A DNA stretch of 62,768 nucleotides, filler included, from Asterionella formosa (lineage: Eukaryota), in the NCBI GenBank assembly GCA_002256025.1. It is 17 parts of 17 records of this genome, joined end to end, with 100 filler letters (N's around TTAATTAATTAA, not from the genome) between each part and the next. Parts side by side here need not be neighbours in the genome. Positions count along the whole stretch, not along the records: positions 1 to 20,927 come from NKIB01003194.1; 16 more parts are not named here. One strand, 5' to 3'. How positions within the stretch are numbered: position 1 is the first letter of the stretch; the number at the start of each line of letters is the position of its first letter. Below the pieces are notes generated by a model. The model was not told the DNA's origin. It saw only the letters and a list, made by a program, of their open reading frames with translations, and did not search any database. This document shows, piece by piece, positions 1 through 12,702 of the stretch. The translations under genes were made by a program, and so were the position numbers.

Positions 1-2
1 AG

Positions 3-260
3 GATAACACTGGAGCGATTTTCCTAAGCAAAAACCAACAAGTTGGATCAAGGACAAAGCATATTGATGTCAGATATCATTTTATACGTGAGAAGACTGA
101 AGATGGATATGTTGTTGTGGTCTATGTACAAACATGTGAAAACCCTAGTGACCTGCTGTCAAAGAATGTAACTCAGAAGGTACATGAATCGCATGCATAT
201 GATATTTGCAATGGGACAATGGATTGTTGGAACTGGAACAGGGAGGATGTCAAGATTTAG
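3..260 (+). mobile_element. Ty1/copia retrotransposon pol 3' end (RNase H), truncated by the contig start
   Basis: The frame from nt 3 reads DNTGAIFLSKNQQVGSRTKHIDVRYHFIRE...ENPSDLLSK...REDVKI*, containing the copia RNase H motifs DN..AI, KHID.RYHFIRE and N..D..(T/S)K. Confidence 0.92.
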
Positions 261-532
261 TACTGCGTGCATATTAGTTCAGTCGAACTAATCAATCTTG
301 AATAATATTCCAGCCAAAATCCCGTATTGAAATGCTGTGAGAATTTGAACAGCATTGATTGCCAAGAACTATATCAGCAAACCAAGGTAAATATTCGAAT
401 GGAGAATGTTCTAAGTAATCAATATTTCAATGAAGGAAAGGTATATACGCAATGCAGATAGCATTGAATATTCACGATTGTTCTACTAAGTGAGTGGAGT
501 TGAGTTGTCAGTTGAGAATTGAATGTCTAACA
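248..532 (+). repeat. Probable 3' LTR of the copia element
   Basis: A polypurine tract AGGGAGGA (240-247) is followed directly by TGTCAAGA at 248. The candidate right end is TCTAACA (526-532), an imperfect inverted terminus; this end is inferred. Confidence 0.55.
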
Positions 533-616
533 ACACAATGAATATCTATATACAAATTTGGGAAGAGAACCTTAATAATTGGTCATGTGAACGATTACAA
601 GATAGATCAAATAAGC

Positions 617-1573
617 TCACAATAAGGTGGGATTAGAACAGAAGGTTTTAATACACTGAGCTTGTCTAGAAAGAGCTAGCATTGCAGTCAGACTGCAGAA
701 GAATTTAACATCATTGAACATGCCATCAACAAAATGATCAGCAGTATAGTTACCCATTATGTCTCCCATTTGACTACCATTTCCTGGATTGTAGGCTGTG
801 CCGTTGTTCCATGTGACATTATAGGATGTAAAGTTAACCATCATTCCTCCCATGTCACTAACATTTCCTGGATAGTCGGTACCATTGAAATAACCCATCA
901 TGCCTCCCATATCACTACCATTTCCTGGATAGCCGGTACCATTGAAGCCACTCATCAGTCCTCCCATATTACTACCAGTTCCTTGATAGCCACTATCATT
1001 GAAGTAACCCATCATACCTCCGATATCGCTACTATTTCTTGGATAGCCGGTACCATTGAAGCCCGCCATCATTCCTCCCAGCATATTACCACCATTTCCT
1101 GGATACCCGGTACCATTGAAGTCACTCCCCACCATGCCTCCTGTATCACCGCCGTTACCTAGATAGCCAGTAACATTGCTGAACATATTTCCAAACTCTT
1201 CGTCAGTAAAGTTACCCATTTGGAAATCACCAGTTTGATTGCTATTGTTCTTAACATTGTCCCAACTACCATTTGCCATATTACTGTTCATCATACCATG
1301 TTGATTACTTCCTCCACCCATCATGGTACCGTTGTTAATGTTGCTTTGATGATTGTGATGGAATAAGCGCATACTACTCGTAGAATTGTGATCATGCTTG
1401 CGATGCAAATGGGGAAACCAATAATCCCATGTAGAATGGAACCAATTTCCTCCGTTCGAATGATGAGTCTGATTTCCAATTCGAAGGTGACGATGTGTCA
1501 TCATCTCCTGCTGGTGTCCAAGAGCAAGTTGTTGGACCAAGAGGATAAATGTTATTAATGCTGTCGATAACAT
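617..1573 (-). CDS. Secreted His-rich protein with 19-aa Gly/Met/Asn repeats, function unknown
   Basis: 318-aa ORF with a hydrophobic N-terminal signal peptide, a His-rich block, about 6-7 copies of GGMMGYFNGTGYPGNGSDM (57 nt each) and many N-x-S/T sequons. The C-terminus is uncertain. Confidence 0.75.
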   Translation of the reverse strand: MLSTALITFILLVQQLALGHQQEMMTHRHLRIGNQTHHSNGGNWFHSTWDYWFPHLHRKHDHNSTSSMRLFHHNHQSNINNGTMMGGGSNQHGMMNSNMANGSWDNVKNNSNQTGDFQMGNFTDEEFGNMFSNVTGYLGNGGDTGGMVGSDFNGTGYPGNGGNMLGGMMAGFNGTGYPRNSSDIGGMMGYFNDSGYQGTGSNMGGLMSGFNGTGYPGNGSDMGGMMGYFNGTDYPGNVSDMGGMMVNFTSYNVTWNNGTAYNPGNGSQMGDIMGNYTADHFVDGMFNDVKFFCSLTAMLALSRQAQCIKTFCSNPTLL

Positions 1574-1737
1574 ATTCGTGAAGGAGGCAAGTGAAGAGTT
1601 AAGATTTTTATCGTTGTAAGCAAAATGACTTTGTTGAAATTTGTGAGCTTAAATGAATGAATTGACCTGGTTTAATACGTCGATTGTTTTATGTACCGAT
1701 ATTCCACATCTTACCGGTATTCATTCGCATGATGGCA

Positions 1738-2960
1738 GTACCTGGTTTTGGTACCATCATGCACAAGATTACAATAAAAGAATAACTCCGAGATTTTGAG
1801 GAAGGCAAATCCTTATACCGTAGGATGATTGCTCATAATTTTCCTGGGAACACCGTTATGTAATCTATGTTCCGTGGACTAGAAAATAAATGATTGCCAT
1901 ATTATCATACCATACACAGCACAAAGTATCATGTTGAAATGTCGGATCATCTCTGTTCTACGAACCAGGGTACAAGGGTACCTGGTACCTTTACCATCAG
2001 AAACTACTACGCATGCTGCGGCTAGAATACAGGCGGTACCACTATATTCCGGTATGTAGGTCCACGGAAAGTTACTTTGCCCGGTACTCATTCAATTTTG
2101 ATTTTGTGACAGTCGTGGCTTCGCATTAGGTACCATACCAGGGGTACCTAAAATAATATAATTGTAGGCGGGAGTAACACAAGATCAAACATTACCGGTA
2201 GTCTAGTCGTAGCACATGCTACGACTATTACGAATCGTGTCAAAAAAGAGAACGGAGTAGACCACCGGGGACTGCATACCGGGTCGTAATAGGTAGTAGA
2301 CCAAAACCCAGAATGTCACCATCAAGATACCAGCATGCATCCATGTATTCAGTACCAGGTACCAGGGTACCAGGTACCAGGGGGTACCGGTATTGGTTTC
2401 GCCATTTTTATTATGAAATGGACTTACCGGTATGTACCAGGTACCAGTACTTGAGCACCTCTGATTCGAAACAATGTAATGACAGCGCATTCATTTTGAG
2501 TCACTCACTACTAGCTGACCAGGTACCAGGTAGTAAGTTTCCTACTAGCATGGCAAAAGAGCCATGCCATATTTTGGTTCTACTTCTTACGTAGCGTATT
2601 TACAAGCAAATTGATCACTGACCTACCGGTAGATAAAGTACCGTTGGTTGCTAGTACTACTAGTAGCATGCATGAAAGTGATCGAATATCACATGAATCC
2701 AAGCGAACAAGGTACCAGGTACCAGGTACAAGCATGGTGCCAACCGATGTGAATCTACTGGTTCTAGCTGGTCGATTAATGATAATAAATAGTGCGTGAG
2801 TAGCTCCTACTAAGCTGCTGGGTAGGATCAAGCTAACCAGGAACCGGATATACCAGAAGTACTGGTACTGGTACCTGTTATTCATTCGTCCTACCAGGTA
2901 TCCTGGTACTGTAAGAACTCCCTTGTACTCCTATTGAGGTAGCCGGTACCGTATCATAAG
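1738..2960. repeat. Cluster of palindromic ACC(A/T)GGT / GGTACC / ACCGGT motifs
   Basis: For example gtaccaggtaccagggtaccaggtaccagggggtaccggta at about 2352-2392 and ggtaccaggtaccaggtac at about 2711-2729. These runs produce the spurious YQVPGT/LVPGTWY ORFs. Confidence 0.85.
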
Positions 2961-3662
2961 CCATACTATTGACCAACCGAAACTCCCAGTACCATCATCT
3001 ACAGCTACCTACTATTATCTGGTCGACTACCAGTAGGTCTACTATTAGTCGGCAGACCAGCCTGCACATACTGACAACTCAGGAGCGATTATTCCGCCCC
3101 ATCAAAAAAGTGTCGCCAGGACATAGGATAGCTAAGGTCCACTCTAGCACATCGCTCATGATTGCTTTTCGCTGCCGCTACAACTGTGCAAGTGCAAGTG
3201 CTGCTGGTCGAGGAGCTTTCCTATCCTAAATCCACGACTTTTTAATTTATATAGATGTATGAATACGATTTAAATATAATTAGACGACATTTATAAGAAG
3301 TGATGGTAGCTGGTAGGAGTACCAGTTACCAGTAGAGGGATTCAATTAGGTCATGCCTGGTGCCTGGTAGTCGCTCCGCCGTAAAAAAATACGGCGTTAC
3401 GAACCAGTCCAGGTAATTTTCATCAGACATTTAGGTCAACAAGAAATTGAAATTGAAATCGATATACCGGTATTGAAGAAGGACACGTGTCTCCCTTTCG
3501 TATATACGTACGTACAGTATGTAATACGTAGGAGTAAATACCAACTATTATGAGGAATAGAAAAGGAATAATATGCAATAATCCTTTCGTAGTAACAGAA
3601 CCTACAACCAACCCACAACTACAGTGCCTGTAGCGGTGAATCATATCATTTCAACAGCAACA

Positions 3663-5838
3663 ATGACGATGACAAAGCCAACACCAACACCACTACTCCA
3701 TCATACTTCTAATGATAATGAAAATACTGTCAAGAATGATGAAACGAAGCGCAAGAAAGAGTTGCGTCAACGTCTCGTTGGAGAAGTTCTGACCGAGATT
3801 CAACCCATTGCATTGGGATCACTGGCAATGATTGCAAGTACCTTGTGCAATCAAGGTAGGTCTCTATGTATGAATGAATGCATGAATGATTGAGTGTATG
3901 CATGAATGGAGTATTTCATTTGATATGTCTTCGTGGTTTTGTATCTCTAGTTACCTCCTGAATATCCCAACACTCTCGCAAAGCCCTTTTTCTATTTTTT
4001 ATTATTATACTTATACTTTTTGTACGTTCGGTTCTAATCTACCGTATTCCATTCTATCCCATTAAGCTGTTCCTCGATTGCTTGGAAAGTTATTGGATCA
4101 ATCTCCAACCATGTCTTCCATGGAATCAACAGCAACATGTTCTGCAGGTGGTGGAATTTCTAGCTCCACCATGTCTTCATTATTCATGGTAGTATTGGGA
4201 GGTGGATTGGCATCCTTTGTACGAACCACAATGTTAAATCGAGCTCAAGATAGTATTGCCTCAAGATTGCGATCCAAGGCATTTTATTCCATATTAATTC
4301 AACATGATGTGGAATGGTTTCAACAAGAACAACAAGTAGTTGGTAGTAGCAGTACTGCTACCAGCAGTACCTCTAGTAGTAGTACTACAACACCAACTTC
4401 CTCTACTACAATGACACCTGCTGCCATGATTCATATATTACAACAAGATGTTACCATGGTATCACATTCCATTACAGGAAATCTGGCTAATTTGATTCGA
4501 TCCTCCTGCAGTTGTTTGTTTGGGACATTTCATATGTTGACATTAAATCCATCACTCTTTGGTGTTAGTGCGACTATTGTTCCATTAATTGGGACTGCTG
4601 CCATGGTATTACGAAAATTGGTCCAACATGTTGCCAAACAACAACGTCATATTGAAACAATTGCAGCATCCTTTGCACAAGAACGACTCCAATATGTTCA
4701 AATGGTGAAAATGAGTCACAAGGAAATGGACGAAGTGACAACTTATACCAACTATCAAAAACAAGTGGTACAATTAGGAAGGACCGTATCCTTGGCCAAT
4801 GGTGCATTCATGGGATTTATATTTGCAGCTAGTTCGGGGGCACTCTTTGCCGTCTTTCATCAGGGTGGACGATGTGTTGCAGCAGGGACCATGACTGCTG
4901 GTGAATTAACATCCTTTGCAACTTATACTTTCTTGCTGGGATTAGGAACATCTGGAGTATTCAAGGCATTGAGTGAAATGTCACTTTGCATGGTGGCTGC
5001 AGAACGTGTGTACAAGTTGATGGATGTTGCTACTACGACTGGTTCAGAAACCATATCCTCCTGCACTACTACTACGGCTGATGATGTACCAGTAGATACG
5101 TCATCCATTACTTCTCTATCACTCCAAAATGTGTCCTTTTCGTATAAAGCCAATCCAGATACTGTCGTCTTGAACCAAATTTCGATGGAATTGAAACGAG
5201 GAACAGTTGTGGCATTGGTGGGACAAAATGGAGCTGGGAAGACAACGATTGCATCCTTATTGGCAGCATTGTACGTACCCACAACTGGAAATATTGTCCT
5301 GAATGATGGGACGAACTATTCCAAACTATCACGAAATATCCAACGAAAGCTAGTACAAATCGTTCCACAAGACCCAGCCTTGTTCAACATGTCTATTCTT
5401 GAAAATGTCCGTTATTCAACTCCCAATGCGACTGACGACCAAGTGAAGGTTGCCATGGAATTGGCCAATTGTACAGAATTTGTGACAAAATTAGGAATGT
5501 CTTATAATGTTGGATTGTCTGGGAACAAATTGTCAGGTGGACAACGTCAACGTCTTGGTTTGGCTCGAGCATTGTTGGTGGACCCCACTATTTTGGTCTT
5601 GGATGAACCCACCTCCTCCTTGGACCATCAAGGTGAAACAGCTGTTGCGGATGCTGTAGAAGCATGTCGTATGGAAAATCGTGGATTGTTGTTAATTACT
5701 CATCGGACCAAATCATTGGAATTGGCAGATGTTGTTGTTGTCTTGAAGGATGGAATGGTTGTGGAAAGTGGAACATTTTGTGATTTGACAGCCAATAAGG
5801 AGAGTGAATTGTGTGCCCTCATGCCTGATTTAATGTGA
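3663..5838 (+). CDS. ABC transporter subfamily B half-transporter (ABCB10/MDL1-like); exons 3663-3855, 4067-5838
   Basis: Removing the GT-AG intron 3856-4066 restores NQAVPRLLGKLLD. A TMD is followed by an NBD with Walker A GQNGAGKTT, signature LSGGQRQR, Walker B LVLDEPT and H-loop THR. Confidence 0.93.
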
Positions 5839-6221
5839 GGGTGTGACATATAATGTTGGGTGAATTATTGGGTTCGTGCGAGGGTTAAACTAAAAAGGGT
5901 TGAGGGAGGTGTGTATGTGTGATGGGTAACTGAGGATGGATAGTAGGGAGGTGCCATGTACTATGATCACTCTTTAGTGATTTAATTAATATTTAGTTAT
6001 TCACAGCAAGTTTGGGTGTGTTTCTTTGACGTAGAGTGTCTATAAAATTCTGCCATGAGCACCGGTAGTAGTATAGTACCTTGTAAGTATCCAGCCTATA
6101 AGCTCGTTAAGAAGTTACATACGTATTATATATATTCAATAAATCACCTTGGATTTTCAAAAAGTGTTATTCGACCATTTTCTTTCCCACGTGATGACAA
6201 GTCGTAACCCATCACTTTATT

Positions 6222-7086
6222 TCAATGACTGTGATGTTTCTTTTTCCAAATCAATACCACCACACCACCATTCAACAAAATCAATACCACAACAATAAAT
6301 TGCAATGCCATTTTATTCCTCCATACCTTATCTCTCATATTACGTAACATTATTCCAGCTTGTTGTACGGCATATGTAGTTCCTTCCAAATGATTGGATG
6401 CAATGTACAATTGTTCACGTTGTTGACTCATTTGTGTCAATGTGTTCATACCAATATATTCTGTATCAGAGACAAGGCTGGTGAAAATGATAATGTGAAT
6501 ATGAGAGTGTGTGTGTGTGTGAGAGAGAGAGTGATATAGATGGTGCATCCAAACAAAAGGCAACAACACAATTTTGTAACGTACGCTTGTGATTCTAGCA
6601 ACAAGGCATGACTACTTTGTAACAATGCTTCAGTATCATACATTCCTTGTTGTTCTAAATCCACTTGTCTATAGAACAATGGATCTTGTTCATTTTCAGT
6701 AACTGAGCCACGAGCAAGTTCCATTTGAAGGGGCGTCAAATCTTTATCAAATCGTTCTTGTGCTTGCTGAATAGTCACATAATCACCTTGCACTTCCGCC
6801 AAGCCTTGCATAGCAATAGCGGCCGACCGTGCCACTGATAACCATTCTTGACAATCTTGAATATGATTGCTAGATCGTGGTGTTTTGGCCAATACGGATC
6901 GAATTCGGTTCAAGCAGGATTGGTATTCCTAATCATAAAATAATAATAGTAGGAATTATAAAAGGATCAGATTTAACCGTCAAACAGATCAACTTTCAGC
7001 AGCGACTCGACTCGGAATTATACAAAGAAAACAAAATGGAATCCAAACGAACCTACCTCTTCGTACTCGGCAAATGTCTTGGACAT
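6222..7086 (-). CDS. VTI1: Qb-SNARE, VTI1-like; exons 7086-7057, 6928-6585, 6477-6222
   Basis: Two GT-AG introns. The spliced protein reads MSKTFAEYEEEYQSCLNRI..., has a SNARE motif (ESQALVSDTEYIGMNTLTQMSQQREQL) and ends in a C-terminal TM anchor. Confidence 0.8.
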
Positions 7087-7561
7087 GATAAGGGGGATTT
7101 CAATGAAGAGATGTACCGGTAATGGCAAAAGCAATAATGAATACAAGAAGGATAGGAAAAGAAGCAATGTAAGGAATGTGGTAATTCGCTTGACTGCCCC
7201 CTAGAAAGCAAGCAAGATATGAAAAATATGTACCGGTATGCCAGTAATAAATACTATCCATACTATACCGGCACAGAAAAACAACAAGATTGAATGAACG
7301 AAGAATTCTGTCAGCAGCAACCAAAGAAGAAGCTAAACGCAGCAGTTTGATCATGCAATTCAAAACAGCCAGCCAAAGCAACAAGACGAAAGCAAGCAGA
7401 ATCGTGCTTATCGTACTTGGTCATAAACAACCAGCAGCGGCGGGCGGAATGATGGGAGAATGGATATCTTACATAACGGTACGACGACGGTCTGCTTGTT
7501 CCTACTGACGCGATGCACCATGTGAATGTTATGTATAGGTACTCAGGCGCTTACAGTGGGA

Positions 7562-7670
7562 CTACCTGGTACCAGTAATACAGTATTCAACGCACCGTAT
7601 TCAATACCTGAAGGAAATTATGCTGAATGTCTATGATGTACCTGGTACCGGTACCAGGTACCTGGTACCT
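7562..7670. repeat. GGTACC/ACCWGGT cluster with perfect palindromes
   Basis: GTACCTGGTACCGGTACCAGGTAC (7638-7661, 24-bp perfect palindrome) overlaps GGTACCAGGTACCTGGTACC (7650-7669, 20-bp perfect palindrome). Confidence 0.85.
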
Positions 7671-8315
7671 AAGGCTGGACTCTGAGGAGTAGTACAAGTC
7701 AATATTGAAACAAATTCTAATCACACATGGACTTACCTGCATTAGCCCACCCTCTCCTACCGTCTATTGCTAAATGACTTGGCTGGGATTCCGATATGCA
7801 CCAAGGAAGACAGGATGCTATATTGATGGACATGAAAAACCTGCAACAATTCAATACCAATGGGATTTCTGCAAATGATCATATCTGGGCTTTGAACAAA
7901 GGATGCACAGATGGATGCAGATACCAGCCAAGGAAGCAACTTTCATCTCAACAATCTAACATAGCGAACAACAGAGCAACAAAGCAAACAAGAAGCAAGC
8001 AGCAAAATCAAATTCATGAACAATGACAACAGATAGATGTTATATACCTTTTGAGGGGAAATGAGCAGAGGGCAAATATAAATATATCTAAGAATTTGCA
8101 TCAATTTTTGTATGTGTCACAATTTTTTACTCTTAATTATTAAATGCAAAAGAAATTCTATACTAAGGCATGCGTATCCTACTATATTGATCTTCAGGTT
8201 GCAACCAGCCATAATTTACCAATCCTGTCAGACTTAGGTAGTTGATGCATTTATACATTCCCTATCCAATCTTCCACATTTGCTATTATGACCAGAAAAG
8301 GTAATCAGACCATCT

Positions 8316-9995
8316 CTATCTCAAGATAGTCCTCACATCTGAAAACGTAGTTGTGACAGTTAGCAAGAACAATAACAAGGCAGTCACACTTGTAAGTGAC
8401 TCCTGAAACTTTTGATCTACCTTGCGTCCAGTAATGGCTTCATAAAGTATAAACACCATTTGGCCTCCATCAAGGGCTGGTAATGGCAAAGAATTTACCA
8501 CTGCCAAATTAACACTAATGGCTGCAGAAAATGTCAAGATGGTAGCCAAATCATTGGAGGAAACCACTTGACTTCCTGTTCGAATCAATCCAACAGGACC
8601 ACTAACCCCTTGACCAGCTGGAACCCCCTTGCCCATGAGCAGTGTCCCCAAAAGACCGGAAACGCCTTGAGCTGTGGCTGATGTTATCTCCTGCACACTT
8701 TGGGCTGCCAACACTGCCGCATCCTTAACATTGGATGTTTGAATCAATTCTGATTTCAAAAAGTTAGGTTTCAACAAAACACCAATAGATTTAGGACCGT
8801 TTTCAGTCATTTTAGTAGGTTGAATGATGACATTTAAGACATCATTGTTCCTTTTCACAGCCAATGACAAGGGCTTGTTGTCTTCCGTGGCTCTAATGGT
8901 GGCAATGAAATCACTGATACCTTTTTGAGCCATGGCGGCATTTATAGTATTGGGTTGGGTAGTCAAGGATTGACCATTGACTTTAAAAATCAAATCTCCC
9001 TGTTTCAAAATACCAGCTGACGACGCACCAGCACTAGGGGTTGATGCTACAACAACACCATTTCCAAAGGTTTGTTGATTTAATCCAGTTGTTGAAATTT
9101 GTCCAAAGTAAATGGAAAATGCCAATAAAATATTAAAGACAACGCCACCAGCAACCACAACAGCACGTTGTTGCCATGGACGATTCTGAAGCAAATTATG
9201 GTCTGTGTAGTATTCAATTTGGAACGGTTCATCAACATCAACTGATGATGATTTTGGCTCGTTCTTGTTTGTTTTGAATACATTTGTAAACCATGGTTTC
9301 TTTTCTTGTTCTTGCTCTTTTTCTAGTTGTTGCTGTACTAATTTTTCTGCAATACCCTTGCCATATTGACCAAGTGTGAGAATATTTAACAAGCCAGCAA
9401 CAAACTTTGAATTTCCATTTAAATCACGTCCAACATCATCATCATCATCATCATAATCATCATCGTCCATGACGAATTGATTTAGTCGCTTTTCCATTTC
9501 TTCTTCTTGTCGTTGTTCTAATAAGGTTACATTGTAATTTTCTGGAAATCGTACATATCCACCAAGTGGGAATGCACGTAATGAAAAGTCATTCCCCAAT
9601 GCAGTAAATCCAAAAATCTTTGGACCAATCCCAACACTAAATTCCGTAACATTCATCCCAAAGGATCGTGCTGCCATATAATGACCTAATTCATGAATGG
9701 TCACTACAAAAGATAATACCAATAGTGATCCTCCAACCGACGAGGACATCATTGGAAGAGATGTGGATGTTGGTAGCGATGGAGAATGTTGAGAAGTGAT
9801 GCTAGTAGTAATAGAAGTAGCAGTAGTAGTTGTTGTTGTTGTGGGAAGAGAAGGACGATGAAATCGTAGTGCAGCACATGATGGTTTATTTGGTACAAAG
9901 GCATTCGCAGTGTGGTGAGTGTCCATAAGAACAAGGATGAGCGAGATTGAGCATATAGAAAGTAGCCAGTAGGGTTTCTTGAGCGTTCCAATCAT
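8316..9995 (-). CDS. Plastid-targeted M50 site-2 zinc metalloprotease (RseP/ARASP-like)
   Basis: Motifs HELGH, PLGGYVRF, a PDZ-like region and NSLPLPALDGG. From the ATG at 9995 there is a signal peptide, an ANA-FVP (ASAFAP-like) cleavage site and a Ser/Thr-rich transit peptide. Confidence 0.92.
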   Translation of the reverse strand: MIGTLKKPYWLLSICSISLILVLMDTHHTANAFVPNKPSCAALRFHRPSLPTTTTTTTATSITTSITSQHSPSLPTSTSLPMMSSSVGGSLLVLSFVVTIHELGHYMAARSFGMNVTEFSVGIGPKIFGFTALGNDFSLRAFPLGGYVRFPENYNVTLLEQRQEEEMEKRLNQFVMDDDDYDDDDDDVGRDLNGNSKFVAGLLNILTLGQYGKGIAEKLVQQQLEKEQEQEKKPWFTNVFKTNKNEPKSSSVDVDEPFQIEYYTDHNLLQNRPWQQRAVVVAGGVVFNILLAFSIYFGQISTTGLNQQTFGNGVVVASTPSAGASSAGILKQGDLIFKVNGQSLTTQPNTINAAMAQKGISDFIATIRATEDNKPLSLAVKRNNDVLNVIIQPTKMTENGPKSIGVLLKPNFLKSELIQTSNVKDAAVLAAQSVQEITSATAQGVSGLLGTLLMGKGVPAGQGVSGPVGLIRTGSQVVSSNDLATILTFSAAISVNLAVVNSLPLPALDGGQMVFILYEAITGRKVDQKFQESLTSVTALLLFLLTVTTTFSDVRTILR

Positions 9996-10994
9996 TGTAT
10001 TTAGTGACGTGAATTGCGTAAAGTGAGTGTGTGCTTCAGTGACTAGGGGTTTTATGAACTGTCGAAGGTATAATGGGGAAATGGAAAAGCGAGTGAAGCA
10101 GGAATAATGCCGGTACTTGAAATGGTGATGGTGATGCAACAGAGGTTGACGATGTGGAGAGAGAAAATGACTTGTTATGTCAGCTGCTAGCACTATAAAA
10201 ATCTGCATCGCTGGCGGAAGTAAAACTATTAGCCACCGGTATACTGGTTCGCTCATTGCGCCTCCAATGAGTCATCGCTTCGATGAGTGCGTTTCTACGA
10301 GCGTGCGTACCAGCATACTATGTACTGACTTGTGTACCCACCCTGGTCGTTAATACCAGTACTGATACCAGGTACCTGGTACTTACTACATGGAAGGGTC
10401 CCATGAATGGCATTACCGGTAGCTACCCTGCTTTGGCTGTGATTTGATAATAACCCTGAACAGGAATATCCAGGATCCACAGCCATATAGGGTACAAATT
10501 GCAAATCCACGGCCACCTGGATTCACGTTTCCTGTGATGCACAGCCAAGACGACAGAGCTGCCAATGACGGAACAGCACGCCCAGGAGGTGCTTGTTAAT
10601 ATCTGCCTTGTATGTATGTATGTTTTATGATATCATACACAGGTCGAGATTCTTCCTGTACCGTATTATTAAAAGAAAATTACATACGCATACCAGTATG
10701 TACAATATGTGTTTCATGTACATAAAATCATGTCAAAACAATGTACCGGTATCGCCATTGACGACTCACAGAAGGGGAAAAAAGATCTTCTGTAGATTGA
10801 ACTAACCTAGGTAACAAATACAGGTACCGGTATATTTTTGTGTATCGATATTATCGATCGTCCATTGCTTTGAATCATAAAGCTGAGTACTGACCGGTAT
10901 ACTTATTCCATCCCATTGTTTAATAGACTAGCTAGACAGCAGCACTACAGTACAACAACACTACACTACACTTCAGTAGTTCCAGTCTAATATC

Positions 10995-12206
10995 ATGACC
11001 CATGTTTGGAGAAAGATGCGGACAATGGCGCAACGACAGAACGCTGTCCTTCCGACGACAGCTGTTGCTGCACTGCTGAGCATTGGATACTTGTCATTGT
11101 CTAGCGACGACTCATTGTCCTCTTGCGAAGAAGAATCTCGTCGCCCCAAACTGATTTTCCTTGGAACTGGGTCATCGACTGGTTGTCCAAAGCAATTGTG
11201 CACCATGCTGTTCCAACCAAACAGGGTCAGTAAGGATCCAGAGATTCTGAAACTACAAGCAGAACACTTATTTCATTGCAAGACCAGCAACAAGGCAATC
11301 ATTGGTGATCCAAAGACCAATAAAGACTATCGGAACAATCCATCGATATTGATATCACATTACAACAACAACAGCAGTCAAGGGATGCATGCACAAAATG
11401 TTATTTTTGATGTTGGCAAGACATTTCGCGAGGGGGCGATCCGATGGATGCCAGTACATGGGATTCGTTCGTTAGATGCTGTCATTTTGACACACCATCA
11501 CATGGATGCTGTTGCTGGTCTTGATGACTTGAGGGGATTTCAAAAAGTTACTGGACTTGTTCATGCCTACCTACCAAGGCCATACAATGTCCATGGTCGT
11601 CCATCACATCCGGTCAGACAACCAATTCCCATTTATTTATCACAAGCATGTTTGGAACAAGTGAGTCGACAATTTCCATGGTTATTTCCAACCATGAAAG
11701 CAGCCAACATTGTCGACCATGTGACTCCTGTCAAACGTGATGTGGCATCCTTACAAGTACATGTCATTCAAAACTATGTCCCATTCGTAGCAGCGGGACT
11801 CAAGGTTATTCCATTACCTGTTTTACATGGTGATGATTTGATATCCTTGGGGTTTGCCATGAGTGTTGTTGGAAGTGACAAGGACAAAACACCTATTCAT
11901 ATTGTCTACATTTCGGATATTTCTAAAATGATTCCAGAAACATTGGAATTCATTTTGACGAGACTGCCACAAACGGATATTTTGATTCTTGATGCACTTT
12001 TACCAGATCATCATGTACATCCTGTTCATTTTAATTTGCCACAAGCCATGGAATTGGCAAATCAAATCAATCCAACACAACATACCTATGTGATTGGAAT
12101 GTCATGTGATGCTTTTTTGCCACATGATGAAATGAATGCATCCTTGGTGGCACGTGGACATTCCAACATATCCTTGGCTCATGATGGATTAGTTGTGGAG
12201 TTGTAG
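10995..12206 (+). CDS. Metallo-beta-lactamase-fold hydrolase, PhnP-like
   Basis: Motifs FLGTGSSTGCP, THHHMDAVAGLDDLR, YISD, HPVHF and C-terminal AHDGL. Confidence 0.88.
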   Translation: MTHVWRKMRTMAQRQNAVLPTTAVAALLSIGYLSLSSDDSLSSCEEESRRPKLIFLGTGSSTGCPKQLCTMLFQPNRVSKDPEILKLQAEHLFHCKTSNKAIIGDPKTNKDYRNNPSILISHYNNNSSQGMHAQNVIFDVGKTFREGAIRWMPVHGIRSLDAVILTHHHMDAVAGLDDLRGFQKVTGLVHAYLPRPYNVHGRPSHPVRQPIPIYLSQACLEQVSRQFPWLFPTMKAANIVDHVTPVKRDVASLQVHVIQNYVPFVAAGLKVIPLPVLHGDDLISLGFAMSVVGSDKDKTPIHIVYISDISKMIPETLEFILTRLPQTDILILDALLPDHHVHPVHFNLPQAMELANQINPTQHTYVIGMSCDAFLPHDEMNASLVARGHSNISLAHDGLVVEL

Positions 12207-12702
12207 TAATATAGAGAGTATACCCGCAGGGTATTGGATATTCTAGTTTGCAGCTTTCTTTGGGGTGGGAAGAACTCTTGTTGTAGAAATGAGAAATCAC
12301 CCGTGACTTACCATGTTAAAAACAACATGATACAAATTCACATAGAATATCATTTATGCTTGTCAATAGACTGACTATAAAGGTTCACTGACTGTACTTT
12401 AATCAGCAAACTAAAGAAGTACAACCTAGTCCTGGAGGATGCTATTTTACCAAAGGACATAAGGTCCTATTTGATTACCGGCATGTCGTTGCTTGTAAAT
12501 GGTAGCTGAATACAAATCGAGGTAACGTGTATTTAATATAAAAAATATTAAATAGGAGTAGAATAAAATAATAAAAGTATAATAAATAGCGGCAACCAAT
12601 TCCACAAGTAGTAAGTAATACAGCCGGTATTCAATATTGTTCTTGACTTCGTTCCTCCTCCCTCTCACTTTCTTGTACATTTTCTCCTTTATTTTTGACG
12701 GG

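Noticed and set aside
734..1162. 142-aa repeat ORF on the plus strand
   Set aside because: It is the antisense shadow of the 57-nt repeats of the minus-strand gene.
2204..2227. 11-bp perfect hairpin TAGTCGTAGCA-CA-TGCTACGACTA as a Helitron end or terminator
   Set aside because: There is no CTRR terminus at the expected distance and no second copy in the window.
2203..2885. Small ORFs rich in YQVPGT/LVPGTWY (also near 10295, 18037, 55159 and 57619-57985)
   Set aside because: They are translation by-products of the palindromic DNA motif and appear on both strands and in several frames.
9996..10256. 87-aa N-terminal extension of the RseP ORF
   Set aside because: The signal peptide and ASAFAP-like motif fit the ATG at 9995, so the upstream open frame is probably UTR.
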